Source of the DNA: Lingula anatina
Lineage: Eukaryota; Animalia; Brachiopoda
Length of the DNA stretch: 64,000 bases
Assembly: GCA_051362555.1 (NCBI GenBank)
Contig: CM120640.1
Span: forward strand, 37,033,967-37,097,966
Direction: 5' to 3'
Below, piece after piece: positions 15,101 to 26,920 of this stretch. Made by a program: the position numbers and the translations under genes. Within the stretch, counting starts at the first letter, position 1; the number at the start of each line of letters is the position of its first letter. A model generated the notes under the pieces. The model was not told the DNA's origin, searched no databases, and was given only the letters and a program-made list of their open reading frames with translations.

Positions 15101-18100
15101 AGTAAATCATATCAATAGTAAGAAATCAAAATTTTAAGTTCTAATTTTATTCAGCTAATTTCTGAATTAATACACCTTGAGAATTCTTCAAATTTTTTTA
15201 TGATTAACAGAAGTAGTATATTTTAATTTTAAAAAATCTGAATAATCAAAGAAATAGAATATTGAATTCTGTTTCCCAGTCCAGTCCTCTATTTCCATCC
15301 ACAATTTTCTTACTGTACTGCATATGTATCCACTGATCAGTGTTTAATTGTTTCAAAAACATGATTAGAATGTTTTACAGTCAGGACTCCCTCTATCCTG
15401 CATTTGAACTCACCTTGTTCCTAACAGTAGTATTCAAGAATTAACCTCTTTAATTTTGTTCCTTTTATGTAAAACATTGTATGTTTATGTTGTCATGAAT
15501 GATTGTGTATTCTACATGTTCCAGTATGGACAGTGTCATTGTATTGTTGTTGTATTATCATTGTTTCATGTGACCTTGATTACAGCTGGTTGCAACTGTC
15601 AGAACAACTTGCACAGTGCCACCTGTCATTTCTTAGGCTCTCAGAAAAAGAAAAGTGAATATTATATATTTAGATTCAATCATGAAAAAATTGCAGGGCT
15701 GTTGGTCTTAAGTGTCTGTCTTAGTGTCATGTTTTTTCCATAAGCAGTTTTATTGGCTTTCTTTGTTAAACCATACTTGTCAGCAGCGACTGAAAAAAAA
15801 AAAAAAACAGTCGAGATAACTTCTTAAGATTTTATCTTACTTTTAGGCCTATCATTTTAGATACATTATTACAAAAAATGCATTTTACATTAATGTTTGA
15901 TAAATTTGCAAGAAGTATTGAGTTGGTTCGAATAAGGATAATTTGTTAGAGGATGGGGTGGGGGGGGGGGGAGCAATTTACCACCCCCTTTCTAATATCC
16001 AATATTATATATGGCTTTGATATAAAAGGAATTGTAAATAACTGTTCTCTTACTAAATGCTGAAATCTGTTTGCAGGCTCTTCCAGATAAACCTAGCCAC
16101 AAAATGGGACAACACCGTTTCCATGTATGTTCAGAGACAGGCAAAACATATGAAATAGGCGCTAAAGACATGAAGAACAAAAACAGATGGATAAGAGGTA
16201 CTTTGTACATTTTCTGTTCCTCAAAGATATTTTGAAATAGGTCAAATTATTTTATGGATACAATCCAGGATTCATAAGCTTGTAAAAAATGCCTAATATA
16301 ATTTGTTCTTTTACACTGAATAAGTATGAAGAGAAAAACATTTTTGTGTGTATTGTAGCGTCAAATAAAAGTGTCCATTAATACTGGACCTAATTTGAAG
16401 CAAGTCACAATAAATGAGCCATGTTTTTCTAACATCGCTTTAAAATATTTTGTCGTAATAGCTGTTCAGCTGGCTATAAACCATGCCCCCAGTGCTGAGA
16501 AGTTCCAGCGTACCCAGGCCATGGCCAGAAAAGCAGAGAGAGATGCAGCAAGAGCAAAAGCCAAAGAAGATGAGGAGAGAAGACGGAAAGAAATGGAAGA
16601 AATGGAGAAGACTAAATCTGAATTAGAAATACTAAGAAAGGTTAATGAAAAAAAACTTTGTTTTTGTTGAATGAATAATGTATAATGATTATTAAAGGAA
16701 AATACGAATTATTTTCAGCCAAACCATTTTGTCATCATTGCATAGGGTATATATTTTGATTCAGATTTTTTGCATCATTTAGAAATATGGTCAATTCTGT
16801 TTCAGATGAGAGCAGAGTCTGATGCAAAACTGCTTGAAGAAGCTTCTTTGAGAGAATCTGAACAGAAGCGACTAGAGGAACTTAAAAAAGCACAGGCAGA
16901 GGTAGAGGCCAGGCTCAAAGAAGAGACAGCTTTGCGTGAAGCAGATCGAAAGCAGCTTGAAGAGCTGGCACAAGCTAGAGCTGAAGCAGAAGAAAGGTTG
17001 CGAAAGGAAACAGACATGCGTGAAGAAGATCGGAAGAAGTTGGAGGAGCTTGTTAAGACACAAGCAGAAACCGAAGCCAGGCTGTTGGAGGAATCTGCTC
17101 TGCGAGAGGCTGAACAAGTGAGGCTGCATCAGCTTGAAGAGGCACAGAAGCAGCTAGAAGAGATGTTACAAGAGGAGATCCAGGCAAAGAAGGATGAAGA
17201 AATTGTCAGATCTCTGCAGGCAAGGTGGGTACAGTCATTGTTTTATCTTAACAGTATGTGGTATTTTGATGAAGATGATCAGTATTTCATTTGATTTTTG
17301 ATTTTGAATAAGTGATATGATTAAACAAATTGTAATAATTATATCAGTGCCTACCTCAAGATATTTTGATACCGGTAATGTGATCCTGGTGATCTTTTCT
17401 TTCTAACTCTGTTTCTTTGAAAGGGAAAAGACCTCAGTAAATATTGTTTTTATTTTTGTTACATTGTTGTACTTAATCATTCATTTAGGCTCCTTGAGGA
17501 AGAGTTTGAAAAGAGAGAGGCATTAGAGAAACTAAAGGCTGAACAAGAACAGTTGCTAGAGACAGAAAGACAGAAGAGAGTAGGCCTGGAAGAGGCACAA
17601 AAGAAGCAGGAAGAAATGCTTAATGAAGCCAAAGTCCAGCTTGAAAGATTGGAACTAGAGCGCAAAGCTGCAGATCAAAAAATGATGGTAAGCAATCTGC
17701 CCCTCTATACACAAATTTCTATTTTAAGTATCAATTTGGTTTGATTTATTTTTTAAATTTAGTTTATAAACATGCAAACGGCACTGAGATGCAACCACCA
17801 TGTAGTTTTATATATTATTATATATAATTATTAAAAGTTATTATTTTTCGTGGCAGTTATATAGCAGCTATAACAGCAGCTTGTTTTGAAAAAAAAAACT
17901 TTTTTTTTGCATTTTCAGATTATAAGAGAAACATTATTGGTAGAAAGAAGTACTTTATCAAAAGATTTATAACTTACAGAACAATACTGAAATTTTGATA
18001 CAATTTATATCTGCTTTTTATCAGTAACCTGTATGGTATCAAAAATTTTGGAAGAGGAGTTTATAGTTTACTTTGCTGTTTTCAGGAAGCAGCTGAAAAA

Positions 18101-18508
18101 CTGAAAGAAGCTGAAAAGGCTCGAGAGGCAGCAAAAGCCAAAGTCCGCGAACGCCAGAAACCAGTCGGTTTAGCCAGACTGATAACACCAGAGCCAAACC
18201 CTTTTATTACACACAGAGGTTATGGTGCTTTCTCGGAAGCTGAGTTTCTTCCAAAGTCAAAACGTCAGAATTTATTGAGCCATGATGCAGAAAAGTCTGA
18301 CACAATGGATGGCAATGATTCTAGCCCCTGTGTGAGTCCAGTTGGTCCCCAATCCCCACAGTCGCCTCCAGCACTGCCCACATCACCAGTAGCAGCCTCC
18401 CAGACATCGCCACCACCTCTCCTTTCATTACATGAAAATGGTGGGTCAGGGCCTGTAAAACTTGCCATGAACAACCATGGAGAGGATGAAGATACAGTAG
18501 AATTGTAA
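5223..18508 (+). CDS. SWAP70: SWAP70/DEF6 family protein (EF-hand-like N-terminus, PH domain, coiled coil)
   Basis: Exons 5223-5315, 8900-9445, 14084-14230, 16077-16197, 16462-16640, 16806-17224, 17489-17687, 18086-18508. N-terminus CIWHAFNALD...SQLKVLTHNI, PH start GWLTKKGHMMTNWKERWFVL, and KKDEEIVRSLQARLLEEEFEKR match SWAP70/DEF6 as recalled. Confidence 0.9.
6089..6128. repeat. (TTTA)n microsatellite
   Basis: About 9-10 tandem ttta units in SWAP70 intron 1. Confidence 0.9.
7275..7418. repeat. Probable dispersed-repeat remnant
   Basis: GC-richer tract ending ...cgaaccctgtgaacccccccctggctacaggcttg, resembling termini of short non-autonomous invertebrate repeats. Family assignment is inference. 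Confidence 0.35.
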
Positions 18509-19980
18509 ATCAAGGGGGGTAGGTCTAAAATATGGGGGTGGGGGGGGAGGGGGCTATCATTTTTGCCCATTTTTTCTATCCATTATTACATGCATAATTG
18601 TATGTGTATTCTGTATTGTTTGTACCAGATTTATTTATGATAACTTTTCATGAAAAAAAAATTGATCATGAGGAAGAAGCCTTAGATTTTTCTCAAGGAT
18701 GTTATTTTGTATTAAAACTTGTATTAAAACTTGAATGTTTGTGAAATAAGTATTAATTGGTGATTATTTATATAATGAAAATGCAATAGTATACTGAAAT
18801 TGAAAAAAAAAAATCTTGAAGTGTGCCACTTAATATTTTGAAAGCATAGGGATGAACTATAGGCACAAAATAATCCACAAGAGGGAATATAATTTTCTAT
18901 ACAATACTTTCCCTTTATACCCAGTGTGAAGTTAACTTTATCTATTCATTCAGAACGATGTGTGATCTAAAATTTGGATGAAGATTACATTTTACATCTT
19001 TCATATTTTAATCACATAATAGTAATCAGTCACAAATGTGCTTTATTCTGATGCAGCCATATCACCCCTTTTCCCCGCTGCAAGTACTATTCATATATTG
19101 TTATATATTGAAAAGTCTGACACATCACGTGTTATATATTGATATATTAAATATTAATGGACAGCACTATTTTGCATTATTTTAGACACTTGGTTTTCAT
19201 GTAAATATTTCTATACACATGCATGTAACCAGGTTTTGAGGTTTCTTTGTAACATGCCTCTTAATGTGACTAATCTAAAACATTGTATTTTAAAATATTT
19301 TATCAGAATGAAAGCATTCCTGTTTTGGAAGAATGTAAATTAAAAATTGCCACGAGTTTTCACTTACTTTTCATTGAGGCAGTTTCAAACAAATGATAGT
19401 AAAATACAGAGCAATGTGTAATCTCAATGTCAGTCATGAAAGACAAGAAATTATTCTTCATAAAACAGTTTTATTTACTACTTTTAATCCAAGGTTCTGC
19501 CTCAAAATCCATAAGCTTTGGAATGCAGCTTGGTCATAGTTTCATACAACTTATTACTTCTGTTGTCAGCTTACACCACTGTGATTGATTTCATTGAAAT
19601 CTCTTTTCTTCAGTGGTTGCCAGTTGTATACCTTTATTTCTGCAAGTGAAATAGTCCAAAAAGTGAAATACTTCCAAAGTATTCTTTATTACAGATATAA
19701 GTAAAAAAGAAAATCCCTATCTTCTACCATTGTTGTTTATGCAATAGGGAAAATAAAGATATTTTGAAAAGCTTCATATAGGTGTGTGTGTGTGTGTGTT
19801 AATATCTCATGGTTATACATATATTTTATCACTGATAGAAGAGATAAGACATCAAAACTGTTAAACAAGAAAGAACAGAAATAAAATGAGGAAATAGATA
19901 AATAAACTTAAAATTGACCCAGTTCTACAAATTTTTCAATTGTAACTAAAGTTCAGAAATTGAAATGTTCCTAGCATCAG

Positions 19981-22900
19981 TCATTTAGAACAGCTGGTCT
20001 CGGGGCATGGCCCATGTATGCCAGTTGATTTGAGTTCTGATAATTGTTTTTTATGTCTTCTAAGTGCACTGTTGGATACACTGCAGCCCAAAATGGAACC
20101 CTTTGCTTGACCGCTCTTTGTAAGTCCTCTTTGGTGCAGGAACAGTCCAGAATCTTTGACCATGTGGCTGTTTTTCTGATTTCTGAAAGTAGAGTGGCCA
20201 AGTCCATAAAATTAAAATAAAAATCTAACAGCTCCCTGGATAGTTTTGTGCAAATGATCATTTGCAGAATAATTATGATAAATAATAATAAAAGGGAAAA
20301 TGTATTCTCATTGGTTTGGACATTTGTTTTTGTTAGCTGCCCTAAGTTGTGCAATTTTTGTTCGTTTTTTATGTACAAAGACTTCCCCTGTCCAATTTTT
20401 TTTATGTGCACAGACTTCCCTTGTCAAATGGACACTATTTTTTCATAAAACATATGATATGCAATTTGTATTTTAACCTCATCTATTAACTCGAGCTGAA
20501 ATTGATGTGTAAGTGATTATGCTATAGTTTATTATTAGTGTTTGCTCTTCTTACTTAAAATAGCTTAGTGTATGTAGCAAGCTAGCTACTCTTTGTCTCT
20601 GAAGCTCTATCCTTTTAAGACCAGATCCATGGACAGGTGCTATGGCCTCTAGGACCATTGGCCAAAGTCCAGGGGAATGCTTTTCACAAAAGGCCTGAAC
20701 AACATCTGGCTGGTTTAACTTTTCACCACCTTTCTCATAATGGGTGTATAATGCTCTTTGAAAGGTGTTAAGGAGTTGAGCAAAACTTCCTGAAAAAAAA
20801 AATTATATGTACAGCAAGGATTATGTCAAGTGCTCCACATTTTCAGAGATTTTGACCTATTATACAGTAGTTAACTGTACAATTTTAATGTTAATTGTTC
20901 AAAGGATAATAATTCAATTTATGCACTAATTGTGATAATAAATTATCATTATAATTTCACCTTTGTCTTTTAGTATTCGCAGTTGTTCTTGGAGCTCCTT
21001 GATAGTATCTTGCTGATCCTTTATTTTTTGGGAAATCAATTGGGCATTGCTGTTTGGGGTCCCAACAAATACAATCTAAAAAAGAAATTGTAATTTTTAT
21101 GCTTAAGCTTAATGTGCCTTCCCACAAGATATGCCAAATAACCAAGGCAGAGAAAAAGACTAGGGCTTCGTTCACATGAAAAATCTATTTTCTAAAAATC
21201 TATTTTCTATCCGCGGTATCTTGTGATCACTCCGAGTGCAGCCGAGAATTAATTACAGCTTTGGAAGTAACTGGCTCGCGCTGCCAGTAATTACGCCGCG
21301 GGGTATTCAGGGCACAGACTCAGACTATGATCACAAGATACCGCAAATAGAAAATAGATTTTTCATGTGAACGAAGCCTAAATCTTGGCTTGAAAGATGT
21401 CTATAAACCAGGTATAAAGGCTCATCACATCATGCTAGCCACAAGGGGTATGAACTCCCAAGAAGGAAGTGCGCACATTTGGTTTATTGACAATTTAGGC
21501 ATTTTGACTCTTTTTACACACGGTACAAAAAATTCACAGGTGCTGAGCTTGCTTATGCTCTGATTTTGTGAACTTTTCCATGCTCTCTGAAATCGGGCAT
21601 GAGTAAGCTCAACGTTTGGGAAGAAAAAAGCCATGAAAGGAAGTTACCTGGTGCACATGTTATTTTAAGTGTACTGTGTGTAAAAGAGACAAAATGCCAA
21701 AATTATCAATAAACTCAACATGCTTCAGCAGCTTTCAGCAATGTGGAGACACATGGTTCATATTAGGATGGAAAGCGGCGATTTAAAGTGAACAAGGTTG
21801 AAGATTACAAAAAATAACAAGGATTAAATTGATGCCAAAAGAACAAGAGGTACCTTGTAGATGCACCAAATGTGAATGATTCAGAAGCTGTTAATGATGC
21901 AAGTATAGTATAAGAATTATTGTAAATTATGTAATTATTGTAAATTATGGCCTTACAAAATTTATATTGTGTGGGGTATACCATTTTTTTTTCTTTTTAC
22001 TCACATAGACTCGTTGACTGTTTATTGGTCCAGGAGTGATTGTTTCTGTGTCTGCAGTGGATGAAATCTGAAATCATAGTAATGATTTTTAATACCAAGG
22101 ACAAACAATCTAATTAATCCAATTATCATTAATTTGTGAAAAAAGTCAAGAGAAGGACATTGCTTTTGGATTTTTATTTGCTTTTTACTCACATGGCCAT
22201 GTTCACTGTTTATTGCAGTAGCACCTCTTTCTGCAGACAATCCCTGGAATCAAATTTTGAAAATGAAAGGGAGCCTACATAATTATGTAAGGCATTAATA
22301 AACGATGTTGGTATATTGTGCCATACTACTTGTGTGTTCATTTGAAAACAGAAACAGAACTGATGCAAATGCATGCATAAAAATTACTTTGAAAAAATAT
22401 TTCACATGATCTTAGGGAAGATTTGTATTATAATATGTTTATTGCTAGTTAATTTTTTTACTCACATGGTCACATTTACTATGTATTGGTCCAGAATTGG
22501 GTGTTTTTCTGGCTGCAGCAGCAATCTGAAAGCAGTTATTATTTTTAATTCCACAAGGGCAAAATATCTACAAGCCTGTGACAAGTTAATCCAATTACCT
22601 TTGTGTTAAAATTAAAAAAAAAAAAGAATGACATCTTATTGGATTTTTATTTACTTGTTACTCATATGGCCAGGTTCAGTTTTCATTGCAGTGTATCTCT
22701 GTCTGCAGATGATGCCTAAAATCAAATTTTGAATATTAGTGAAAAGCAGCATGTATACACACAGTAACTGTGTAAGGCATTTATAAAATCACATTGATAA
22801 TGATGTTGGTATAATGTGCTTTACTATTTTACAGAAGTTTATTTTTATTTTAATGATATAAATATATATATAATTTTTTGTATACTCACATAGCAATGTT

Positions 22901-23321
22901 CACTGTTTATTTGAGTACTACTGGTAATACTACATGTAGTAACTGTATCTGCAGCAGATGAACTCTGAAATCAAGTAATGAGTTAGGATATCAAGGACAA
23001 ACAACGTACATGTACAAGCCTGTGCTAAGTCTTTTTATTTTTAATTTGTGTAAAAAAGTCTGCGAAATAGAAGATATAATGATTGAACAGATACCATACC
23101 TCTGATATTCTTTTCCTTTTTACTGGTGGAAGATATGAAGGGTGGTGTTGAACAGTGGTGTCAATGGTTTTGTAACACAAGTGACAAATATCGACCCATT
23201 TCTTGTAGTTAGTATTATTACTGCCAAGATCATCTAACACTCCCGGGGCATGGGCTATATTTTTTCGAGTGACGTGTAAACAACCCCGTGCCCTGGGTGC
23301 AACAGAACTTCGTGTGTACAT
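19981..23321 (-). CDS. Unannotated spliced gene of about 340 aa: Cys/His N-terminus, repeated mini-exons, coiled coil, transposase-like C-terminal segment (possibly transposon-derived or decaying)
   Basis: Exons 23321-23100, 22964-22890, 22525-22466, 22243-22193, 22067-22005, 21075-20961, 20789-20555, 20182-19981. All have AG/GT boundaries, matching phases (0,0,0,0,0,1,2) and no internal stop. Confidence 0.7.
21164..21378. mobile_element. MITE / foldback element, PIF-Harbinger-like
   Basis: Long terminal inverted repeats GGCTTCGTTCACATGAAAAATCTATTTTCT...AGAAAATAGATTTTTCATGTGAACGAAGCC, extended by an inner IR gcggtatcttgtgatca/tgatcacaagataccgc. Flanked by TAG/TAA. Confidence 0.8.
21483..21713. 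mobile_element. Degenerate inverted-repeat element (older MITE-like)
   Basis: tttattgacaatttaggcattttgactctttttacacacggtac is nearly the reverse complement of gtactgtgtgtaaaagagacaaaatgccaaaattatcaataaa (about 43 bp, few mismatches). Confidence 0.55.
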
Positions 23322-24252
23322 CTCTATAATGATATTGACATAATGAAGAGCCTATTGCTACTCCCGTCTTCCTTGCTGCTCTTTTATCTGGCACATTCAT
23401 GACGCGTCCGCGAAACCTCGAAGACTAACATAAACAGCGCTTGTCCATTTTACAGTGTGTTGTCTGCTACTGAACCAATAGAGGACGCCAGTGTTTGCTT
23501 CCGTGTGTTTTGATCGACATTTTTAATTTTTCGGAAGCGAAGCAATGGGACTCAAATATCAGGTAGTTCAAAGACCGTCTGCATATACAAATTGATTCAA
23601 ATTGAATTGTATAAACTGTGTATTGCTACAGACTTCGCGAAGTAGAAGACCTGGATTTGGCTCATCATTGCTACAGTGCCAGCTATGTTGCCTCTAGACC
23701 ACCGAAACGAAAGGTGAGGGAAAGGGGAAGTTTGTTATTTTTTTCTTCCAGATTAACCGAATCCAGAACGAACGTGAATAACAGGTATACAACATAACTT
23801 AAGATAATATGTTTATGCATATTTATTGGCACATTTATTTCCCTAAGTGTGTTTTATTAAGTAAAATATATAATATTATCTGACTGCCGCTGGCGACATT
23901 TATTTGCACCACTAATCATTGCTAGGTTATGATATCAGTTTGCTAATAAATCAAAATAGATTCGTTCCAGAGTCGTTCAAAGAAAACAATGCTGCAACAT
24001 TTCAATCGAAATCGGCGAATGTTTTACCGAACTTATTAAAATCAGTCATAAACAGCCAACAGCTTGAATAGAACTGATTTTAAAAATTCTTTTTTGTTGT
24101 TCTTTCATCAAAATCTGTTCACAAGTTGTGCTACGTTTTGACAGACAGGCAATTGGACTCAAAAACACAACTTCATTAGCAGAGGTAATTAAAAGCAATA
24201 CTGGCATGATATTTGTCTGTGCATTTCAGGTTCTTGTCAGACTACAGGAACA

Positions 24253-26746
24253 ATGGCATCTGGAGGTGGAAATAAGAAAAGACAACCAGGAAACAGGAAG
24301 AATCGGGAAGCCAATGTTGATTCCAATTTGCAGCACTGTGATGATAACAGTGTGGCCCACAATGCCGAGCATCACTTAATGCCAGAACAATGTGAAGAGC
24401 CCATGTCTACAGACTCACACGAAGCGGGAACATTCAACCAGCAGCACCTGGGGCCAGCAGCACAATATTGTCAACAGAAACAACATCAGCAACATCAACA
24501 ACAAGTGCAGCATCATATGCACGTACAACATAATCCCTCAAGCCCTCATCAGCACTGCAGCACACAAGTTCATGACCATAATATATCTGAGTCCTTGCAC
24601 TCGCACACGACCACGTTGTCTTCTCTAAACACAGGCTTTTCTGGTCCAGTGCCTTATAACTGGCAAGCCTCCAAAACTAATGTCAAAGACCGACTTGCAT
24701 TTATGTTCAACAACGAAGTTATGAGTGATGTCCACTTTGTAGTTGGGAAAGAGATGAATACACAGAGGATACCAGCACACAAGTTTGTCCTCTCTGTAGG
24801 AAGTGCTGTATTTGATGCCATGTTTAACGGCGCCATGGCAACAACATCTGAAGACATCGAGCTCCCTGATGTTGAACCAGCAGCATTTTTGGCATTGTTA
24901 CGCTTTCTGTACTCAGATGAAGTTCACATTGATGCTGAGACTGTCATGACAACATTGTACACGGCCAAGAAGTATGCTGTCCCTGCCTTGGAGACTGCTT
25001 GTGTGGACTTTCTTAAGAAAAATCTATGCAGTGATAATGCATTCATGCTGCTCACCCAGGCTCGGCTATTTGACGAACCTCAGCTTGCTGGCCTCTGTTT
25101 GGAGACAATTGACAAGAACACATATGAAGCTCTGAGTGCTGAAGGTTTCACTGACATTGACAGAGACACCTTGTGTGTTGTACTGGAAAGAGACACTCTA
25201 GGCATCAGGGAGAGCAAGCTATTCAGTGCAGTGTGCCGTTGGGCCGAGGCAGAGTGTCAACGTCACGGCATTGCCATCACCCCAGAAAACCAACGCCAGG
25301 TGTTGGGACCGGCCTTGCAGCAGATCCGATTCCCGCTGATGTCAGTGGAAGAGTTTGCCATGGGGCCTGCCCAGTCCAATTTGTTACAGGACAGGGAGAC
25401 AGTGCAGCTGTTTCTGTACTTCACTGTCAACCCCAAGCCTACTGTGCCCTTTTTAGACGTGCCCCGATGCTGTTTGACTGGGAAGGAACAAGTGGTGTCC
25501 AGGTTCTGTCAGATTGAGAGTAGATGGGGCTACAGTGGAACCAGTGACAGGATCAGGTAAACTGATTTCATAAGTTTTGCAGGATGTTAATTTAAATGTT
25601 GTTGAAGGAAGTAAAAAAAACACATGTTCAAACTGTCAATGCTTTTTATTAATGATTATTTATTGATTATTATTATTATTAATTTTTTTTTTTTTGGACA
25701 TAAAACTATCTAGGATGTACTTTTCTTGCAGGTTTATGGTGAACAGGCGGATATTTGTTGTTGGTTTTGGTCTATATGGCAGTATCCATGGCCCAGCTGA
25801 ATATGTGGTTAACATTCAGGTTAGTGGTCAGTTTATTTGGAATACTTTCTCAATATAGCACAGCAGGATCTCCCTATTTGATTTTTATTTATGAAGACCA
25901 AAAATATTCAGTTATTAGTTTAGGTAGTGAGGTCGTTGACTTTGTGTAGAGACACTGCTGTGGTTGTGCGTTTGGAAGCTGGAACTTTTGCCTAACTGCG
26001 TTGGAGCATCTTTTGGGCTTTCATATATGTTATTTATTTCTTACTTGTTTTACAGATTATTTGTACAGACACTGGTAAGATAGGTGGTCAGAGTAACAGC
26101 ACTTTTCAGTGTGATGGAACCAACTCTACCTTCCGTTTGATGTTCAAGGAACCTGTGGAAATCTTGCCTAACATCAACTATACTGCCTGTGCTACTCTGA
26201 AGGTGAGCACAATACGCAGTTATTGTTTATTTATTTATTTATTTTTCCTGTGTTACATCTGCTCAGAAAAATATCATTTTAAAACAACACTTTTTTTACT
26301 CTATTTGTTTGAAGACATTTGAGTCTTTATGTATGCAGTCTTATTTTTTCCTCCATTCATCCATTGTGCCCAGTAGGATAATGCCATGAGAACTTTTATA
26401 TTTTTCCTGTGGGAAGCCTGTGATGGAGGGCAATAATGCACAATCAGATAAAGTGCTACTTTTATCAGAACAAAGTTCTTTATTTCATAAACATTTAAGG
26501 AGATTGATTATTTTTTTATGATTTAAAAAAAATTGTTACCTTGAGTTTTTGTTCTTCTGAATTTGAGTTGATATTGTACACTTTTAGGGTCCGGATTCCT
26601 ATTACGGCACAAAAGGACTGCGTAAGGTGACCCACGAGTCCCCCACCAGTGGCAAGGTGACATTTCAGTTCACCTACGCAGCAGGTAATAACAATGGCAC
26701 ATCAGTTGAGGATGGACAGATACCAGAAATCATATTCTACACATGA
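24253..26746 (+). CDS. BTBD2: BTB/POZ-BACK-PHR domain protein (BTBD1/BTBD2 family)
   Basis: Exons 24253-25556, 25732-25819, 26056-26202, 26588-26746. YNWQASK...[22 protein letters not shown] (BTB), BACK domain, [16 protein letters not shown]...[10 protein letters not shown]. Confidence 0.93.
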
Positions 26747-26825
26747 GGATATCTTGAGGATGAAGAAGAAGAAGGCAAATTATTGGCATGAAGAACTCCT
26801 TCAATACTGTTGCGGATTGCATTGT

Positions 26826-26839
<14 letters not shown>

Positions 26840-26917
<78 letters not shown>
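26840..26917. repeat. (AT)n microsatellite in the BTBD2 3' UTR
   Basis: About 39 perfect AT units after a poly-A run. Confidence 0.97.

Positions 26918-26920
<3 letters not shown>

Noticed and set aside
16802-17129. Minus-strand Ser/Leu-rich ORFs (also 9058-9379, 18265-18570, 24654-24857, 60095-60417)
   Set aside because: Antisense shadows of real coding exons.
19470-19640. Extra terminal exon of the hidden minus-strand gene
   Set aside because: An acceptor and a downstream AATAAA exist, but I found no donor linking it in frame before the stop at 19981.
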